Below are positions 59,750 to 64,000 of a stretch of DNA of 64,000 bases, piece by piece. The DNA is from an uncultured delta proteobacterium (GTDB taxonomy: Bacteria > Myxococcota_A > Polyangia > Fen-1088). A program made the position numbers and the translations under genes. The stretch is taken from positions 2,944,001-3,008,000 of the forward strand of contig CAVYGB010000008.1 of NCBI GenBank assembly GCA_963767925.1, in the 5' to 3' direction. The notes below the pieces were generated by a model. The model was not told where the DNA came from. It saw only the letters and a list, made by a program, of their open reading frames with translations, and ran no database searches. Each line of letters begins with the position of its first letter. The first letter of the stretch is position 1.

Positions 59750-60280
59750 TCAGCTCTTGAATTTGGCGAGCCCGGCGAGCTTGGACACCTTGGCGGCCTC
59801 ACGCTCGGCGCAGTCGCAAGGATTCAGGTTTCGGTTGCCGCCGCACACCGAGCAGAGGCCGGCGCACTCGGGCCGGCACAACACGCTCACGGGCATGGCG
59901 AGCAGGATCTCGTCCCGGATCTCCGACCCCAGGTCGACCAGCCCGTCCTCGAAGGTGAGGACGTCGGGAGCCTCGAGGTCGTCTTCCTGGTCCTCGCCGC
60001 GGCCGCCACGCGCCTTCTCGACGTAGACCACCGAGACCGGCACCTCGAGCGCCAGGGTGGCCGGCTCCAGGCAGCGGCTGCAGGTGGTCAGCAGATCGCC
60101 GGCCAGCGCGCCCCGCAGGAGATAGTCTTCCCCGCTGGGCTCCAGGCGACCGGTGAAGCGCAGCCCGCCCGGGGCCACCCGGGCGTCCAGATCCGGACAC
60201 TGGGCGGTCAGCCAGGTGGCCGTGACCGGCAGGTCGACGTCCACCCCATACTCACCGATGTCCTTGACCTTGAACTGCAT
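59750..60280 (-). CDS. yceD: YceD/DUF177 family protein
   Basis: CSRCL, LCRPECAGLCSVCG; upstream of rpmF. Confidence 0.92.
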   Translation of the reverse strand: MQFKVKDIGEYGVDVDLPVTATWLTAQCPDLDARVAPGGLRFTGRLEPSGEDYLLRGALAGDLLTTCSRCLEPATLALEVPVSVVYVEKARGGRGEDQEDDLEAPDVLTFEDGLVDLGSEIRDEILLAMPVSVLCRPECAGLCSVCGGNRNLNPCDCAEREAAKVSKLAGLAKFKS

Positions 60281-60337
60281 TTTTCCCCGATCCCGCGGCC
60301 GACCCTGGCGCGGCTGGGGCCTCGCGGGAAGCAGGTA

Positions 60338-60365
60338 ACTATAGGAAGTTGCCCCCCAAGGTCAA
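60338..60365 (-). promoter_or_regulatory. Sigma70-type promoter of the yceD-rpmF-plsX-fab operon
   Basis: Minus strand TTGACC-N16-TATAGT. Confidence 0.6.
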
Positions 60366-60413
60366 CTCCGCCCCGGGCCTTCGCCTCTGGCCGGCAGGGG
60401 AGCCGGGGCGGCG

Positions 60414-61934
60414 TCAGTTCCCGGACGCCGCGCCTAACGCACTGCCGCCAAGGAGCAGGAACGAGCGCAGGTCGTCGTCCCGGACCACGAGCTGCAGGCC
60501 GAAGAACCAGTCGAAGAACGCCCCGCTGCCGGCGATGGTCCGCTTCTGGTTGACCACGTCGTCGACCCCGGCCACCAGGAACAGGTTGCGGTTGTAGACC
60601 GACCAGAGGCCCCGGCCCTGCAAGCGGGGGTACTCGTTGGAGCGGGCGTCGAACAGATCGATGGAGAGGGTCAGCCGGTCGTTGAGGAACCGCATGTCGG
60701 CGCCGATGCCGCCGGTCGACTCCTTGATGCCCACCCGGCCGGTGAAGAACCCGAAGCGCTTCCCGAACTGCAGGGAGAAGCGCAGCTTGTCGAGGGAGGT
60801 CTTCACGGTCGTCTCGTGGATCAGGCCCCGCTCCGAGCTGTCGGTGGTGGTCTGGGTCTTCTCCCGGAAGCCGCGGGGGTCGTCGACGATCTCGATGAGG
60901 TAGAACTTGTCGGGCCGGGGCGAGAGCTGGATCGAGAAGTAATTCTTGAAGGTGCCGGCCAGGTAGTTGTACTCGGTCCGCAGGCCCACCAGGGTCTGCA
61001 CCCGGGTGAGACCGCGCAGGAAGCCGCCGGCGTCTTCGGTTATCTCCTCGATGTTGTTGGCGATGCTGTCGTCGGTCAGCAAGCGCCCGGCGGTGCCCTC
61101 GCCCTGCTTGAGCCGGGTGGTGACCGTCTCGACGTTGCCCATCGAGCGCTCGAGGCTGCCGATGCTCTTCTCGAGGCTCTGCACCGAGGTGCGCAGCTCC
61201 TGCCCGGTGGCGGTCACCTCCCCCTCGCTCTTGCCGACCAGCGACTTGAGCCCCTCGGTGATCTCGCGGACGTTGCGGATGGTGACCTGGATGTCGTCGG
61301 CCTCGGTGCGGGTGATGCCCTCGACGTGGGCGGCGATGTTGTCGACCCGCAGGAGCAGCCGCTCGAGCACGATCGAGTTGCGCTCGACGAGCTGGTTGGC
61401 GTTCTCGGCGATCTGCCGGACCGGGCCGGAGGTGAGGGTCTGGACGTCTCGCAGGATCTGCTGCAACAGGGGCAAGGTGGTGTTGACCTGGTCGAGGATC
61501 TCGCCCACGTTCGTGGCTTCGGTGACGTAGAGGATCTGTTCGCCGTCCTTGAGCACCCGGTTGCGGCGCTGGGTCCCGCCCCGGCTGTCGTATTCGGTGC
61601 CCGGGTCGACCTCCAGGTAGAACTCGCCGAGCAGCGAGGCGGCCCGCTTGGCGATGACGGCGTTGGAGTAGAGGCGGATGTTCTCGTCGATGCGGATGTT
61701 GACCCGGGCCTTGCGGGCCCCGTGGTCGTACTCCCGGGTGGCGATCTTGCCGATGTCTATGCCCGCCGAGCGGACCCCCGACTTCTCGTGCAGGCCGAGG
61801 GCATCGTTGAAGAAGGCGTACACCTGGTAGCCCTGCCGCGCGGAGGACTCGTTCGTGTACATGAAGATGGAATAGGCCCCGGCAAGCACCACCGCGGTGA
61901 GCCCCCCGACCGTCACCGCCGCCCAGCTTCGCAT
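60414..61934 (-). CDS. mlaD: Long MCE/MlaD-family protein
   Basis: N-terminal TM, F.DALGL..KSGVRSAGIDIG, SLLGEFYLEVDPG, helical region with EGTAGRLL, beta-rich C-terminus. Confidence 0.88.
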   Translation of the reverse strand: MRSWAAVTVGGLTAVVLAGAYSIFMYTNESSARQGYQVYAFFNDALGLHEKSGVRSAGIDIGKIATREYDHGARKARVNIRIDENIRLYSNAVIAKRAASLLGEFYLEVDPGTEYDSRGGTQRRNRVLKDGEQILYVTEATNVGEILDQVNTTLPLLQQILRDVQTLTSGPVRQIAENANQLVERNSIVLERLLLRVDNIAAHVEGITRTEADDIQVTIRNVREITEGLKSLVGKSEGEVTATGQELRTSVQSLEKSIGSLERSMGNVETVTTRLKQGEGTAGRLLTDDSIANNIEEITEDAGGFLRGLTRVQTLVGLRTEYNYLAGTFKNYFSIQLSPRPDKFYLIEIVDDPRGFREKTQTTTDSSERGLIHETTVKTSLDKLRFSLQFGKRFGFFTGRVGIKESTGGIGADMRFLNDRLTLSIDLFDARSNEYPRLQGRGLWSVYNRNLFLVAGVDDVVNQKRTIAGSGAFFDWFFGLQLVVRDDDLRSFLLLGGSALGAASGN

Positions 61935-62767
61935 CAGGCCGCCGCTCCTCCGCCGAGGCGGAGCGCGCCGGAGGTCTCGAGGAACTCGCGCAGGGCGGGG
62001 TGGGGGGCGGCCAGCAGCTCGGCGGGGGTGCCGGCGGTGGCGATCTTCCCCTCGATCAACATGGCGATCCGGTCGCCGATGCGGAAGGTGGAGGCCATAT
62101 CGTGGGAGATCACCAGCGAGGTGACGCCGAAGTCGTCGGCGGTCCGGCGGATCATGTCGTCGACGTTCTTGGTGGCGACGGGGTCGAGCCCGGTGGTCGG
62201 CTCGTCGTAGAGGAGGATCTGGGGGCGGTCGATGAGGGCCCGGGCCAGGCCGACCCGCTTGCGCATGCCGCCCGAGAGCTGGGGGGGGAACTTGTCCTCG
62301 ATGCCGGTGACCGCGCCCAGGTCCAGCCGGGTCAGCAGGGCCCGCACCCGGTCGCGCACCTCCTCCTCGGGCAGGTGGTAGCGCTCGCGCAGGGGGAAGG
62401 CCACGTTCTCGAGCACGGTCATCGAGTCGAACAGGGCGGCGTACTGGAAGACCATGCCGAACTTGCGGCGCACCCGGGCCAGCTCCACCTCCGACAGGCC
62501 CACGACATTTTCGCCGTCCACGAGGATGGAGCCGCTGTCGGGCTGGAGCAGGCCCATGAGGTGCTTCATGAGCACCGACTTGCCCTGGCCGGATCCGCCG
62601 ATGACGATGTTGATTTTTCCCCGCTCGATGTCGAGATCCACACCCCGCAACACCTGCTGGGCGCCGAAGCTCTTCTGCAGCCCCCGCACCCGTATCTGCC
62701 AGCGCGCGTCGGCGCGCTCCTCGCGGCGGGCGGTGGGGTCTTCGGGGCTCACGACACGAATGGCCAT
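61934..62767 (-). CDS. mlaF: MlaF-type ABC ATP-binding protein
   Basis: GGSGQGKS, LSGGMRKRVGLARA, YDEPTTGLDP, SHD. Confidence 0.92.
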   Translation of the reverse strand: MAIRVVSPEDPTARREERADARWQIRVRGLQKSFGAQQVLRGVDLDIERGKINIVIGGSGQGKSVLMKHLMGLLQPDSGSILVDGENVVGLSEVELARVRRKFGMVFQYAALFDSMTVLENVAFPLRERYHLPEEEVRDRVRALLTRLDLGAVTGIEDKFPPQLSGGMRKRVGLARALIDRPQILLYDEPTTGLDPVATKNVDDMIRRTADDFGVTSLVISHDMASTFRIGDRIAMLIEGKIATAGTPAELLAAPHPALREFLETSGALRLGGGAAA

Positions 62768-63606
62768 ATTGCGGAGAGCAGCTTGATGAGGAAGTAGTCG
62801 AGGATGAGGATGCTGACCGACCCCACCACCACCGCCCGCGTGGTCGCCCGGCCCACCTCTTTCGCGCCCCCCCGCACGAAGAACCCCTGGTAACAGGCGG
62901 CCAGCGCCAGGCAGAGGCCGAAGATCGAGGCCTTGATGAGACCTTTTACATAATCGATAGGGTCGGTCCAGAAACGGTAGAGCGCGGTGATCTGACCGAA
63001 GTCGACGTCGTAGACCCCCACCGTGACCACGTAGAGCCCCACCAGCCCCACGAAGTTGAAGACCATGGTCATGATCGGCAACATGACGATGGCGGCCACG
63101 ATCCGGGGCGTGACCAGGTATTGAACGGGATTCACCGCGAACGTCACCAGGGCGTCGATCTGCTCGGAGACCCGCATCGACCCCAGCTCGGTGGCCATGC
63201 CCGACCCTGCCCGGGCGGTGATCATCAGGCCGGTGAACACGGGAGCCAGGTCCTGGGCGAGCGCCACCCCCACCGCGAAGCCGGCCCAGCGCTCCTGCTG
63301 GAACATCTGAAGGGCCATGACGGCCTGCACCGAGGCCACCATGCCGGTGAAGAAGCCCACCAGCAGGATGATCGGCAGCGACCCCACCCCGACGAACTCC
63401 ATCTGCTCGAGGAACAGGCGCAGGCGAAACGGCCGCCGGAACAGCCAGGCGAACGCCTCGCCCGCCATCCGCACGTGTTCGCCGAAGGTGCCGACCACGC
63501 CGAGCACGGCCGGCGCCTCGCTCGCCGAGAAGCGGTGTCTCCAGGGCACGCGCCGGTTGAGGGGCGTCGGAGGCGGAGGCACTACGGGGGCGGGACTCGC
63601 GGTCAA
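62749..63606 (-). CDS. mlaE: MlaE-type ABC permease
   Basis: GSGMATELGSMRVSEQIDAL, PRI, GAKEVGRATTRAVV. Confidence 0.92.
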   Translation of the reverse strand: MTASPAPVVPPPPTPLNRRVPWRHRFSASEAPAVLGVVGTFGEHVRMAGEAFAWLFRRPFRLRLFLEQMEFVGVGSLPIILLVGFFTGMVASVQAVMALQMFQQERWAGFAVGVALAQDLAPVFTGLMITARAGSGMATELGSMRVSEQIDALVTFAVNPVQYLVTPRIVAAIVMLPIMTMVFNFVGLVGLYVVTVGVYDVDFGQITALYRFWTDPIDYVKGLIKASIFGLCLALAACYQGFFVRGGAKEVGRATTRAVVVGSVSILILDYFLIKLLSAIWPFVS

Positions 63607-64000
63607 GATGCCCCTCCGGCCCCCGGTGGAACCCGGACAAACAGCAGGGCATAGATAACGATCAAAGCTTCTGGAATTGTCACATCCCGCCCCGAAAACA
63701 CCAACTTAGTCTAATCGAGAGGCGCCCCTCGGCGGGGTCCCCCCCCGCAACGGGACGCCGGCAGGGGCCACCTGCCTCTGCCCCGATGGCTCCAGCTGGT
63801 CGTCATCGATATGCGACCTCCCGAGCCACGGGGCCGCTCCGGGGACGGTTGTGGTCTTTCGAATCTGGCCCGACGGGGCCGGGCGTCCTGCACGGGATCC
63901 TGCAAGAGGAGCCCGCTGGCCCGGCCCGGTGCTGGCGCCCTGGGCGCCGCGCGTCAGGCAGCGCCGGCGACGGTGGCTCGGGCCAGGAACTGAGGCGAGA

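Noticed and set aside
63607..64000. ncRNA or CDS upstream of mlaE
   Set aside because: No SRP, tmRNA, RNase P or tRNA signature seen; only a possible gene tail (...FLARATVAGAA*, minus strand, ending 63954), too short to call

Overview
This is a very GC-rich, gene-dense chromosomal segment with about 51 CDS. Gene content (MYXO-CTERM-like and CFI-box-like C-termini, Cys/Gly-rich lipoproteins, MopE-type repeats, a TSP3-OmpA protein, a large Ser/Thr kinase) points to Myxococcota; that assignment is an inference. Left end: the tail of a surface-polysaccharide-type tailoring cluster (AsnB-like, AMP-ligase, ACP, NadE-like, hexapeptide acyltransferase, beta-helix protein), a lipoprotein with 23 tandem NLGGx pentapeptides, a sugar-acid dehydratase/DHDPS-family pair, and HEAT-carB-greA-MFS. 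Middle: M2 and M14 peptidases, a large GT51 transglycosylase, two ECF sigma factors, DUF4175 plus a TPR/HEXXH protein, several secreted proteins, mepA, a kinase, HPF, murI, OmpA and nupC. Right end: FemAB-like GNAT/clpA/clpS/pepP, the yceD-rpmF-plsX-fabHDG-acpP-fabF operon and mlaEFD. I saw no tRNA, rRNA, CRISPR array or transposase. The most striking non-coding signal is a 165-bp CTAG-bounded element (15977-16141) with perfect 20-bp terminal inverted repeats. It folds into one long hairpin with two tandem G.A motifs and supplies the stop codon of a neighbouring gene. All calls were made by eye from motifs; no database searches were run.
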